A stretch of 64,000 nt of DNA. It comes from Torpedo marmorata. Lineage: Eukaryota. The stretch is from the NCBI GenBank assembly GCA_977017645.1, contig OZ360219.1, positions 253,952,001-254,016,000 on the forward strand, read 5' to 3'. Below are positions 24,211 to 34,781 of the stretch, one piece after another; position 1 is the first letter of the stretch; each line of letters starts with the position of its first letter. Position numbers and translations under genes: made by a program. The notes below the pieces were generated by a model. It was not told where the DNA came from. It saw nothing but the letters and a program-made list of their open reading frames with translations, and did not search any database.

Positions 24211-26974
24211 TTTTTTGCTCTTCGCTTAACTCTTCAACTTTCACAACCGAAATTCTATTAATATTTATCGCTAACTGTTCCTGAGCAATATCATTATTTC
24301 TTTCCAGTGGTCCATTGATTGTCCAACCAAACTTGGTTCTAATAGCGTAAGGTCCATTCCTTTTACTCAATATTACTTCTTTCGGTTCCAAAACCTTTGG
24401 CACATCTGAACCAATCAGCATTTCTATCTCAGAATTAATTTCAGGTAAATAAACCTTCCACAGATAAGCTAAATGATGGATATCCCTTTGATGAGGAATA
24501 TTTCCTTCATTCACAGGCATAGTCTTCTGAGTATATACACTTGGAAGATCACAACATTTTTTGTCATCCAATCCAGCAACCTCTAAGCCTGAAACAATGT
24601 TAGTTTCAACAACCCTTTCTTGTCCCATGGTTTTTAACATAATTCTTGATCTTCTTCCTTGAATATTAAGTTTATTCATTAGTCCTTCCGTGCAAAAAGA
24701 AGCAGTGCTGCCTGGATCTAAAAATGCATATGTTTTTACTATTACATCCCCTTTCTTGGCCTTGACTTGTACAGGCACTATTGAAAGTTTGCAGTTATCC
24801 ACACCGGCCCCAGTAAGACCACTTGTCTGAACCGAGGTTATAACATTATTTTCTGTTGTTTCCTTTGTTTCTGTTTGCTCTTTTCCCAATTCCTTGTTTC
24901 TGTTATGGATATGCAAAATTCTAGGATGTTTCAAATTGCATATGTTACAATTAATTCGCTTCTCACAGTTTTTACTGATGTGTCCTTTACACAAACAGCT
25001 AAAACATATTCCATTTTCCTTTAAGAAAGCGATCTTTTCCTTATGTTCCTTCTTTTCCAATCGTAAACACATTTCCAAAGCATGTCCACCTTTACAGAAC
25101 AAACAACTCTTTTCATTAGGCAAACTTTCCTTTACCTTATTTACTTTGTCCTTTTCTTTACTTATAACTTGCACATTAGTAGCAAAAGTACTCCTTTTTA
25201 CTTTCGGACTAGACTGTGTGTTAAACTTCCTTACATCTTTGCCCATTGAATTATCTCTGGTATTTCCATATAGTGGATCTGTTTCAACGTACACCCGTCG
25301 TTCAAGAAAATTTACCAAATCCTTTAAGGTAATTTTTCGACCGTAATCTACTTGTAAATCACAAGCCAAATTTCTCCATCTATCCCATAACTTATAAGGT
25401 AATTTTTCTAAGATGATTCGCATATTACTATGCACATCCAGCTCACGAATATTATCGATTTCTTCCATAGCATTACAACATCCTCTTAAAAACAGAGTAT
25501 ACTCTTGCAGAGCCTTTACATCATTTTGTTTTATTGATGTCCAATTAAGAGCTTTATCCATATAAGCTAAAGCAATTCGATGCTTGTTGCCAAAATATTG
25601 TTCCAATAAAGCCTTAGCTTTGTCTAATCCTCTTTCTGAAGACATTTGTTTACAACTCTTTACCAGTTCTTTTGGATGTCCCTTTGTGAACATTTCCAAA
25701 TAATAAAGACATTCATCACGATCTTGACATTTATCTTCAATATTGCGTTTGAAAGATCTCATAAATGATTGATATTGAAGTGGATCACCATCAAAGGTTT
25801 GTATCTCTTTTTTGGGTAAAGAAGAGAGAGACTGTAACTGAAACAATGATGCAGCAATTTCATTTTGTCTTTCCTTGGACGACAATACATTGCTCTGTTC
25901 ACTGTTTCTTGTTGCATGCAATGTATCTGGAAACCTCACTGGTGTAGTTTCTTCCATACTTCTGATGCTTGACTCATATAACAAAGAAGCTGCTTCGTTC
26001 GACCGAACCCAAGCCGCAGCTTTGCTTTCAGATGTTACTATTGGTACATGTGACTCGATACCAATATGCTCTTGATAGGTTTGTCCTTGTATATGCAAGT
26101 TTTGTATCCTTGGTTCTAAAATATCTATCCTTTTGGTTGGTTTCTTTTCCTGTGACTCCTTTTTTAAATATGACCTTTTATTATCAGACAATTTAGATAA
26201 TTTACTGCTAGCACCAGATACCATTGAGCCTTCTATTGCTTTCTTTTCTGCCTTGGCAATAGCAATGTTTGCTTCTAGCTCCTGCTGTTCTTTTCTCTGC
26301 CTTAGTTGCTCCTTCTCTTGTCTTAGCTGCTCCTTTAGCTGTTTCTCATTTTGTCTTAGCTGCTCCTTTACCTGCTCCCCCTTTTGTCTTAGCTGCTCCT
26401 TTAGCTGCTCCTCCTTTTGTCTTAGCTGCTCCTCCTCTTCTTCCAAAATATATTTATCCTTAAGCGTTTTTTGTTGTGCAAGAAGAGCGGCCAATCGAAC
26501 ATCAATCTTTGTATGTGACGATGCAGAACTTGAAGTACGAGAAACTCTGGAGCTCGAACCAGAACTTCTTTTGCTTCTCCTGCTTTCAGCATTTGAGACA
26601 CTGTCACTTGCTTGTATTTCGTCCTGCAGTTCATATGTTGTCTTCATACTTACCTCTTTATCCAATTCGAATTGTATATCCTTTGCATCTTCAACCACTT
26701 CAATTTCTTCATCATTTGTTGACACAATTTCAGCCATTTCCAAGTTATCTTCTTGTTCATTTAATGAGGCTGCCTCTTCATCCTTTGCCTGCTTCAATCT
26801 TTCGATAAGAACCCTTTTATTTCCTCTTATGTCCTTTTTCATTCGCTTCAATTCTTCTTTAATATCCGCAACCTTCATGTCTTCAATACGTTGGTCCTCA
26901 ACAGCAACATCAGCGGTTGCTGCGTCAGCTGCTGATGTATCAGTAGCTGCTGTATCAGAGGCTGCTGCGGCCAT
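23687..26974 (-). CDS. SAP domain - BEL Gag (coiled coil, DUF1759-like, three Cys/His knuckles) - aspartic protease - coiled-coil fusion protein
   Basis: Open frame 27037-23687, likely ATG at 26974 (AAAATGG). SAP MKVADIKEELKR..DIRGNKRVLIERLK; FDGDPLQYQSFMRSF; CLFCKGGHALEMC, CFSCLCKGHISKNC, CNICNLKHPRILH; AFLDPGSTASF; GPYAIRTKFGWTINGP. The frame continues to 23216 past one TAA. Confidence 0.85.
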   Translation of the reverse strand: MAAAASDTAATDTSAADAATADVAVEDQRIEDMKVADIKEELKRMKKDIRGNKRVLIERLKQAKDEEAASLNEQEDNLEMAEIVSTNDEEIEVVEDAKDIQFELDKEVSMKTTYELQDEIQASDSVSNAESRRSKRSSGSSSRVSRTSSSASSHTKIDVRLAALLAQQKTLKDKYILEEEEEQLRQKEEQLKEQLRQKGEQVKEQLRQNEKQLKEQLRQEKEQLRQRKEQQELEANIAIAKAEKKAIEGSMVSGASSKLSKLSDNKRSYLKKESQEKKPTKRIDILEPRIQNLHIQGQTYQEHIGIESHVPIVTSESKAAAWVRSNEAASLLYESSIRSMEETTPVRFPDTLHATRNSEQSNVLSSKERQNEIAASLFQLQSLSSLPKKEIQTFDGDPLQYQSFMRSFKRNIEDKCQDRDECLYYLEMFTKGHPKELVKSCKQMSSERGLDKAKALLEQYFGNKHRIALAYMDKALNWTSIKQNDVKALQEYTLFLRGCCNAMEEIDNIRELDVHSNMRIILEKLPYKLWDRWRNLACDLQVDYGRKITLKDLVNFLERRVYVETDPLYGNTRDNSMGKDVRKFNTQSSPKVKRSTFATNVQVISKEKDKVNKVKESLPNEKSCLFCKGGHALEMCLRLEKKEHKEKIAFLKENGICFSCLCKGHISKNCEKRINCNICNLKHPRILHIHNRNKELGKEQTETKETTENNVITSVQTSGLTGAGVDNCKLSIVPVQVKAKKGDVIVKTYAFLDPGSTASFCTEGLMNKLNIQGRRSRIMLKTMGQERVVETNIVSGLEVAGLDDKKCCDLPSVYTQKTMPVNEGNIPHQRDIHHLAYLWKVYLPEINSEIEMLIGSDVPKVLEPKEVILSKRNGPYAIRTKFGWTINGPLERNNDIAQEQLAININRISVVKVEELSEEQKTVNKKITFEKKKTDQCENKSMVFKTTLKELISSEMDESEVLENVANNTIDHSCVIESNTGIKQVTENKSECRFCSSEITTDKANEERLQCDVKLENTENCADGIKNNANDNLMQLNSENKMLKGELEILDNQENSKQKDLIVSKTRKVRKRKKRITAEEMNTVIEERDSALSKC
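26285..26436 (-). repeat. 33-bp coding tandem repeat (EQLRQKEEQLK-like, 4-5 copies) in the Gag coiled coil
   Basis: Repeated ttagctgctcc units. Confidence 0.8.
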
Positions 26975-27353
26975 TTTACTCGTCTTGTTCCTCTTTCCTT
27001 CAAGCATACACAATACCAGCCAAACAACAGTCCCCAATGGACCAGCGGCAGCAATTCCAATCTGTGTTCTTACTTACTAAAGATACACAGAAGGAGTCCA
27101 CACACTTATGCCAACCACTTCAAATGACTGTAATGTGCTGCAATCCACAACGAGTTTTTTTATCTTCTTTCCTTCTATTTTCTGTTCCAAACAGCCAGCT
27201 CTTTATTGACTATGTAGATTGCGGTGACTTCGATCCAACGTTGGTCACCTGGAGGCTAAGTGTGGTCCTTATGTATCTGGAAACCTCACTGACCCTCCTA
27301 ACATCTCCTTCCTATCCTATTTTCCGTTTCAACAAAAATTTCTGTCGACTTAA

Positions 27354-28095
27354 TGTAGCGACTTCGACCAATAAAAATAGTCGCTTGGAGGCTAAGTTAG
27401 GCATTTGTCTGCGACGCGTTTTCATTTATTTCCAATACAAGTTCAGTTGTATTTAAATTCTTTATTTTTAACACACAAAACTTGTAACCATCTTCTTTAA
27501 TGTTCTATGAAAAGTCTTTAAGTAATGTTCTATGTGGCTGATTCTTAATAACAAAATATTCATATAAAAGTTAACGTGGCTTAACGATGCTTAACGATCT
27601 TTAACGATGTTCAACGATATTCAACATAGTTCAACGATCTTTAACGTCTTGATGATGCTTAACTTTCTTTAACGCTGGCTTGACGTGTTTTAAAGGTGTT
27701 TTAAACGGTCGACAGAAATTGTCGACACCTAACTTACCCTCCTCAGATTTCCAACTGACGACTCGCGCGGGGGAACCTATATTTAAATGTACGAAGATCC
27801 CACCCGCGCATGCTCCGTTGTGCACGCGCTGGCCCCGGCTCCAACCGTTCGCTGCCAGCACTGAGCCAAGTGCACGTGTCGACCCAGTCCATGGCCCATG
27901 CGCACTGGCGGACGCGCCAGCCCCGGCTGAAGCCGCTGCCGCTGAACCAACCGCGCATGCGCCGCCACGTTCCGGCTCCGTAAGCGGTGCCGGCCCTCGC
28001 GCATGTGGCCTACGGGAAGAGGCCTACGCACCCTGGGACACCGCCAGTGCCCGAGGCCAAAACAGCAGGTAAGTACTGAGCCTATGGCTCTTACA
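27354..28095 (-). repeat. 5' LTR of the BEL element
   Basis: 742 bp. On the minus strand: TATA-like TTTAAATATAG (~27777-27787), Inr-like TCAGTT (27753-27758), splice donor GTAAGT (27737). Confidence 0.95.
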
Positions 28096-31000
28096 GTTAA
28101 TTACAGAGGACACAGGCTTAATTGCTGCAGAAATAAACTTGAGCCGATGAATAGCTTGCATTCCAAAATCTGGATTCCAAACTCTGTCAGACACATGTCC
28201 CCAGCACTCAAGGCTTTTAATCCTGTATCTATCATGTTTCGTCATATTTTAGTGAAATGTTTGTTTATGAAATACCACATTTTATGATATTTTAAAACCA
28301 TTTTAATGTTGGGAAGTGTTATGTATACAAATTGCATTTAATCCTTGCTGTCCTTTATTGAGCATTCAAGAAACAGGCTAGAGGCACACAATTTAACTGA
28401 CCACCAAGTTTCCATTAAAAGGACTCAGGCAGAGTTATTTCATGTTTGGTGGTAAAACTGAATCAAGCTTGATTTTTACCCATCATTGATTGGGTCACAA
28501 AAAATATTAATATTATAATGTAAACACGACTTCTTAAAATTTTCCACACTACACTTGGAAAACATTGGTAAATTTGCATGGAAATTTAGTTTTCAAACAT
28601 ATATACAACACCAATAAATGGTCAGGGATGTTAAAGTAAATTATTTAAAATGGACTTTGTACAAAGCATCTTCCTTCAAAATATTCACATAAAAATGTTT
28701 TATGTTACATTTATGTAAAATAACAATCTTAAATGATTGAAACATATGGCATTGTAATCTAAATATGAATCCCTAATGTATTCTTTGAAAAAAAAACTGA
28801 ATACTGATTTTTGACACCATTTGTCACAGATGTGTAATGTAGCATTGCATTTCCTGAAGCAAATGCAAGAGGGAAGATTAAAATTTAGCAGGAAAGAAAA
28901 GTGAGTCATCTCTGATGGATTTTGGATGCAAATAGTGTTGGTATACAGAGCAGAAAATATCATGCAACAGTAAATGAGGCCCTGCAAAAGCATATTTCCC
29001 TTGCAGTCATCATGAAAGCCTCCCCACGCACTATCCACACGAGCTTAAGTTTCAAGCCCATGGCTGCTGACACATCTGGGCTCACATCCTGCTGATTTTG
29101 CATTTCTAATCCTACCCAAAGTGCAAAGTTACAAAGTGCACAGCTAGGGCCCATAAGATTGATCTGGGTGCATGCTATGTCTATTAAGGGCAAAAAGCAG
29201 CTTTCAGAACCCCCATAGTTCACTAAAAGACCAGTCTAGTTGATAAATAGGCTTCCTTTTTGCAATATTCCATTGATGATCCTGGCCTTTGAAATTACAT
29301 CAGAAGCTATCCTGATACTTGAGAAACTTCCACTAAAAGAACCCACAGGACTCTATCATCAACTTCCCTTTAATCTTTGCTGAAGTCTTGATCTTGCCTA
29401 CAGGACAACCCTAAAGGGGTGAATTCCCCCATTTTTATGAATGACATCAATTTAGCCTGAGTGAAGTGGATGTGGCTGGGATTGGGGATCAGTGGTAGGG
29501 AGAAGGCTGCATTGTGGTAATTGGGTACTAGAGTTGTGATCTTAGTGATTAGGATCAGTATATATTTCCCCTCTGCATGCAGATTTAAGTGAGTTTGGGG
29601 GTTTTAGCTGACACAAGTATGACCTCGAGGATACTTTAGCCTCTTAGTTTCACAGCACTTGTGGTATATGTTAGGAGCTAACATACCGCAAGAGGCTGAA
29701 AAATGAAGTTCAGTTGTGCCATGTTGGAAAAGGGGCTGTGGAGTTTGCCCCAGACAGATCAAAGACCAGACATCAGTCTGCAACTTTGTATGAGGGCATT
29801 CAAAGGTATTAGTTTAAAGAAAAAAATATCCTTTTAAATTCAGGCATCCAGGCCAAAATCCCAGCCTTGAGCCACAGTGGATGGGGCGCTACATGCAATA
29901 CTCAATTTGTTCAAGTTCATGGCGTCTATTCATTTCTGAATTGTTCTGAGAAATAAGGATGCCGACTACTGAGCTGCTGCACATAGGCCTGTCCATGACC
30001 CAGCTCTTGCTTGATTTGGGACAGATAGAGGCTTTGGTAGCACATCCTCAAATCTCAGCCCCAAACCCCTTGTCATACACTCCCCCCGCTCTCTCTCTCT
30101 CTCTCACACAAGCGCACGCGCACGCACATGCACACACTCAAATGGACTTCAGCCTAGTCCATGGCGCTTACAGGAAACATCCAAAGAATTTTGGGAGATC
30201 TGTATCGGTTCAACCCTTGCTTTGTAGGTAACATTTGAATAGCTGGAGAGACCTATTGCAGGTTCAATTCTGGTTCTTACCTGGAGCACAGGGGGAGTTG
30301 AAATAAATAGTACTAAGCTTGGATGGAAATGAACAAGTTACAGATTTCCTGCAGACTTACCATTCTCCAGCAGTCCTAGTTCAGAAAACATTGACTACTT
30401 TTGGATTTGAAGAACTGTAAGCATGGGACAGGTGACAACACTCTCTGATAGAGTTCCATTGCAAGAGCTTGCATTCAATTTGAACTGAGATGAATCAGCT
30501 ATTCGTTCTAATTTTAATAAATTAGCCACACTCATTTGGTGATTGTTAATTTCCCACAATTTGTAATAATAGGTCCTTCATGAAATGGGGAATGACGTAA
30601 AATAACTGAACAAATCAACGTTTATCAAGTGCAGTGAATGCAATACCAATATATTGTCATATGGGAGACAACTCTGATAAAACATAAAATTCAGAATTAA
30701 CAGTTGTTATGCATATCTCTTTGGGAAAACAGCTCAAATCATGAATAACATTATAATCAATAACTATTTTGTACTTTTTGTTGAAACACTGAGTGCTGAT
30801 TACATCTTCAAGGGAGATTGGATAGGAGGAGTTTACTGAAGACATGGTATTAACTTCAGAGAAATACTATGGTTACCCAAGGGGCCTTTGACAATAATGT
30901 GATTTTAATATTGTTAATTCAATTGTGTGATGCTGCTGGGCTTAGTAACCCCACTGAGACAGTTCTGTTGCAGTCATCCTGAGCATTTACCATCAAAATT

Positions 31001-31339
31001 ACAATTGAAAGTGGGCAGAAAGAAACCCAAATCCTTTTAAACTACTCATTCTCTAACTCGTACATGTTGACTAGCATTTTGTTCTCCTCTTATTTCTTCT
31101 CAATGGACAGTAAAAATTTAGATTCCAAGGATGTTAGATTCTTGACTGATTTTTTTTCCACTGAAAGTTTCCTGCATCAATCTATATTGTGCCATCTTCT
31201 GCACATCCAGCAACCACAGAAGCAACAGAACTGATCATCATTTGAAAAGAGCCAAATCTTGCATTTCTAGTTTCTCAAAGTACTTCACAGGAGTATATTG
31301 ATACAGGCTTATATATTGATAAGGAGATATTAGGATAGG

Positions 31340-31700
31340 TCATGCAATCAGGGAAACATGCAGCACAGATATACTGTAGGCTCTTCAGTCCACTGAGTCA
31401 CCATTATGCAATAGTATACACAAATCTTACATGAATCCCATTTTACTCCCTCAACATTCCCATTAACTTCTACTGGATTCGCCCACTCACCTATGCACTG
31501 GAGCGAATTACAGTGGCCAATTAACTGACCAGGCCATTCATCCTTGAGATGTGGAAGGAAATCACAGCACCCAAAGAAAATAAATTGGGTCACAGCGAGA
31601 ACATGGAAAGTCTACACAGGTAGCACAGGTGGTCAGGATCGAGGCCAAGTCTCCAGAGCTGCGAGGCAGTAGCTCCACTAATTCTGCCATGGTACCATCG
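31340..31700 (-). mobile_element. Degenerate V-SINE
   Basis: gtggccaattaactgacc..gagatgtggaaggaaatcacagcaccc..caggatcgaggcc resembles the reverse complement of the V-SINE body. Confidence 0.55.
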
Positions 31701-31751
31701 ACAAACCACAGAAATTCAATGACCAGACAGGTAAAGCAGCATGTGCATTGT

Positions 31752-33610
31752 ATAGAACCATAGAACCTTATAGCACAGAAACAAGCCCTTCGGCCCTTCT
31801 AGTCTGTGCCGAACCATTTTTCTGCCTAGTCCCACTGACCTGCATCCAGTCCATAGCCCTCCATACCTCTTCTATCCATGTACCTGTCCAAATTCTTCTT
31901 AAATGTGTAAATTGAGCCTGCATTCACCACGTCAGCTGGCAGCTCGTCCACACTCCCACCGCTCTCTGTGTAAAGTAATTCCCCCTCATGTTCCCCCTAA
32001 ACTTTTCCCCTTTCACTCTTAACCCATGTCCTCTGGTTTGTATCTCACCTACCCTCAGTGGAAAAAGCCTATCTACATTGACTCTGTCTATCCCCCTCAT
32101 AATTTTAAATACCTCTATCAAACCTCCCCTCATTCTTCTACGCTCCAGGGAATAAAGTCCTAACCTGTTTAACCTTTCCCTTTGTCAGTTCCTGAATTCC
32201 GGGCAACATCCGAGCAATGCGACTCCTCCCCCTTTCATCCCCTCCGTTCTATCGTGTCTAAAGCAACAGAAGCCCAGAACATTGAGCTGCCAGTCCTGCC
32301 CCTCCTCCACTCCTCCATCTGGTCTGGCACTCTGGTTCCCCTCCCCCTGCAAATCTAGTTTAAACCCCCAGAGCAGTACCAGCAACCCTTCCTGCAAAGA
32401 TATTAGTCCACTTCCAGTTCAGGTGCAATCCGTCCTGTTGGAACAGGTCCCACCTTCTCTGGAAGAGAGCCCAATAATCCAGAAACCTGAATCCCTCCCT
32501 CCTGCACCATGTTTTTTGCCACGTGTTAAGCTGCATTATCCTCATATTTCTAACCTCACCAGCACGTGGCATGGGTAGCAATCCTGAGATCACAATCCTG
32601 GAGGTCCTGTCCTTCAACCTAGCACCTAACTCCCTGAACTCTCCTTGCAGGACCTCCTCACCTTTCTGACCCACGTCATTGGTCCCTACATGGACCACGA
32701 TATCTGGCTGCTCACCCTCCCTCCTGAGAATGCTGTGAACTCGATCTGAGATATCTCAGACCCTGGCACCAGGGAGGCAACATACCACCCAGGATACTCG
32801 ATCTCTTCCACAGAACCTCTTATCTTTCCCCTAACTATAGAATCCTGTATCACTATAGCTCACCTCTTCTCCTCCCTTCCCTTCTTTGACACAGGACCAG
32901 ACTCAGTGCCAGAGACCTGACTGCAGTGGCTTGTCCCTGGTATGTTGTCCCCCCTAATAGTATCCAAAATAGTATACGTTATTGAGGGGAACGGCCACAG
33001 GGGTGCCCTGCACTGCCTGCCTGTTCCCTTTCCCTCTCCTGACTGTCACCCATCTACCCTCCTCCTGCCTCCTAGGTGTGATAGTGCCCCTGTAACTCCT
33101 GTCTATCACCCCCTCTGCCTCCCGAATGATCCAGAGTTCATCCAACTCCAGCTCCAATTCCTAAACACGGTTTGTCAGGAGCTGCAGCTGGATGCACTTC
33201 TCGCAGATGAAGTCGTCAGGGATACTGCTGGCTTCCCTGATGACCCACATTTTGCAAGAGGAGCATTCCTCTACCTTGGCTGCCATTCCCACTGTCTATG
33301 ATGAGAGGAAAAAAATAATGATATATAAAACCTGCCCTTACCTGTGCCTACCTGCTGAATCCTTTTTGTTCTTTGAATAGGGTGGCTCTTTCTTACTTCA
33401 ACTCCTGCACCACCACCTCGGCCTCTTCTTGTCTAAGCCCCTTGAGCCAAAGCCTTACCACTCTGACTCAGTCCACTCTGACGATGCCCGCTCCCTCAAT
33501 GACTGCTCCACTGCACAGTCCCTCACTTTTATAGTGATGTTTGGGTCACCTGACCTCGATTGCCATTCAACTGTTGAACTCAATTGCCCAACTCAATCTC
33601 AATCTTAAAA
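31752..33610 (-). mobile_element. CR1 LINE retaining ORF1 (zinc finger/leucine zipper plus SGNH esterase), with most of ORF2 deleted
   Basis: ORF1 remnants ELELELDELWIIREAE and VHVGTNDVG..DGLHLN. Endonuclease start GQDWQLNV..GGGVALL is joined at ~32185 to the RT C-terminus RGGLIEVFKIMRG..TRGH. 3' tail (GGTTCTAT) at 31752-31768. Confidence 0.85.
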
Positions 33611-34654
33611 TTAAATTCCTACCTTGATTATTTGAGAACAGAAAGAGTGGTAGAGATTGAAAGAGAGAAAATGCATGAGGAAGGAAATTTCAAGATATAG
33701 TTCTAAGTAGAGTGTTATGGACCATGACTGACCATTTGGACTGCGGACGGTCAGCAGGAAGGATGAAGTCTTTTGGAGTATACACTGGGGCCAGGTACTG
33801 AAAGAGTTAACTTCCCCAGGACTTGGTGTACCCAGACAGAGAGAGAGACAAGCTGTAGACAAAGATACATTGTTGCACTTTTGGTGTACCCAGACAGAGA
33901 GAGACCAGAGAGAGAGAGAGACAGACTGTGGACAAGATACATTTGTTGCACTTTTGCAAAAAGCAGGTGTAGATCTCTGCAAGAAGCAGACAGTTGTAAG
34001 TTGCAAAGGCTAGAGGACACAGCCAAATCCAGGCTTGTGCAAGTCAGAGAAAAGACTGGCAGGATAGCACATGGCCTCCTGTCTCAGAGAAATTCTGAGA
34101 AAAAGCAACTTCTGTGGAGAACAGGCGTGAGATCAGCGAGACTAGCTGTGAGATTGAAGCATACGCCTAAATCAGTGGTATACTGATCTGAACTTGCAAT
34201 CCTTATGAACATACCAGAAGGGGACGTCATCAGAGAAGAAAACAAGTATTTGTAAGCATAAACAGTCATTGTCTCTCTCCAACGTTCATTCAGAAGTACT
34301 TCTACCAGACACGGAGCTGAATTTGAAGCCTGAACTTAGAGAGTGAATTTTGTAGACTGTATTGTCTTTTTTTTTGACTGACTTGTTTTTTTATGACTGA
34401 CCTGGGGTTTTTTTTTTGGGGAAAGTTTTTCCATTTTTACATAAGGGTTGGGCACAGACTGTAATGGTCTGGGTTTTACACACACACACACACACACACA
34501 CACCTTTTAGATAAGAATAGTGTTTATAGACGTTTATAGTGGGGTTAATTGTTGTGAAATTATATGTTTTATTGTCTTTAATAAATATAAATTTCAATTT
34601 TACCCCTTTTGCATTGCGTCTTCTGTCATTGCTGGTTTGATTTTGTAACAAAAT

Positions 34655-34672
34655 TGGGGGCTCGTCCGGGAT
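34655..34672 (+). promoter_or_regulatory. Primer-binding site complementary to tRNA-Pro
   Basis: TGGGGGCTCGTCCGGGAT, the canonical tRNA-Pro PBS. Complementarity appears to extend through TTGAA. Confidence 0.92.
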
Positions 34673-34781
34673 TTGAATCAAAATCCATCTTGGTAATTGA
34701 AGGAATCCCAGTTTGGTTTAAGGCATTCCTTTTGTAAAGCTAATTAAAAGCTTGTGTGTGTGTAACGAAAAACCAACAACA

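Larger units (their letters stand above)
22211..28095 (-). mobile_element. Non-autonomous BEL/Pao LTR element carrying a chimeric ORF
   Basis: LTRs 22211-22951 and 27354-28095 (TG..CA; ~3 differences). 5-bp TSD GTTAA at 22206-22210 and 28096-28100. PPT AGGGGCCGG(-) at 22952-22960. BEL-type Gag/PR present; no RT, RH or IN. Confidence 0.92.

Noticed and set aside
26133-27080. 315-aa plus-strand ORF
   Set aside because: Antisense shadow of the repetitive BEL gag frame; Ser/Cys/Phe low complexity, no domain.
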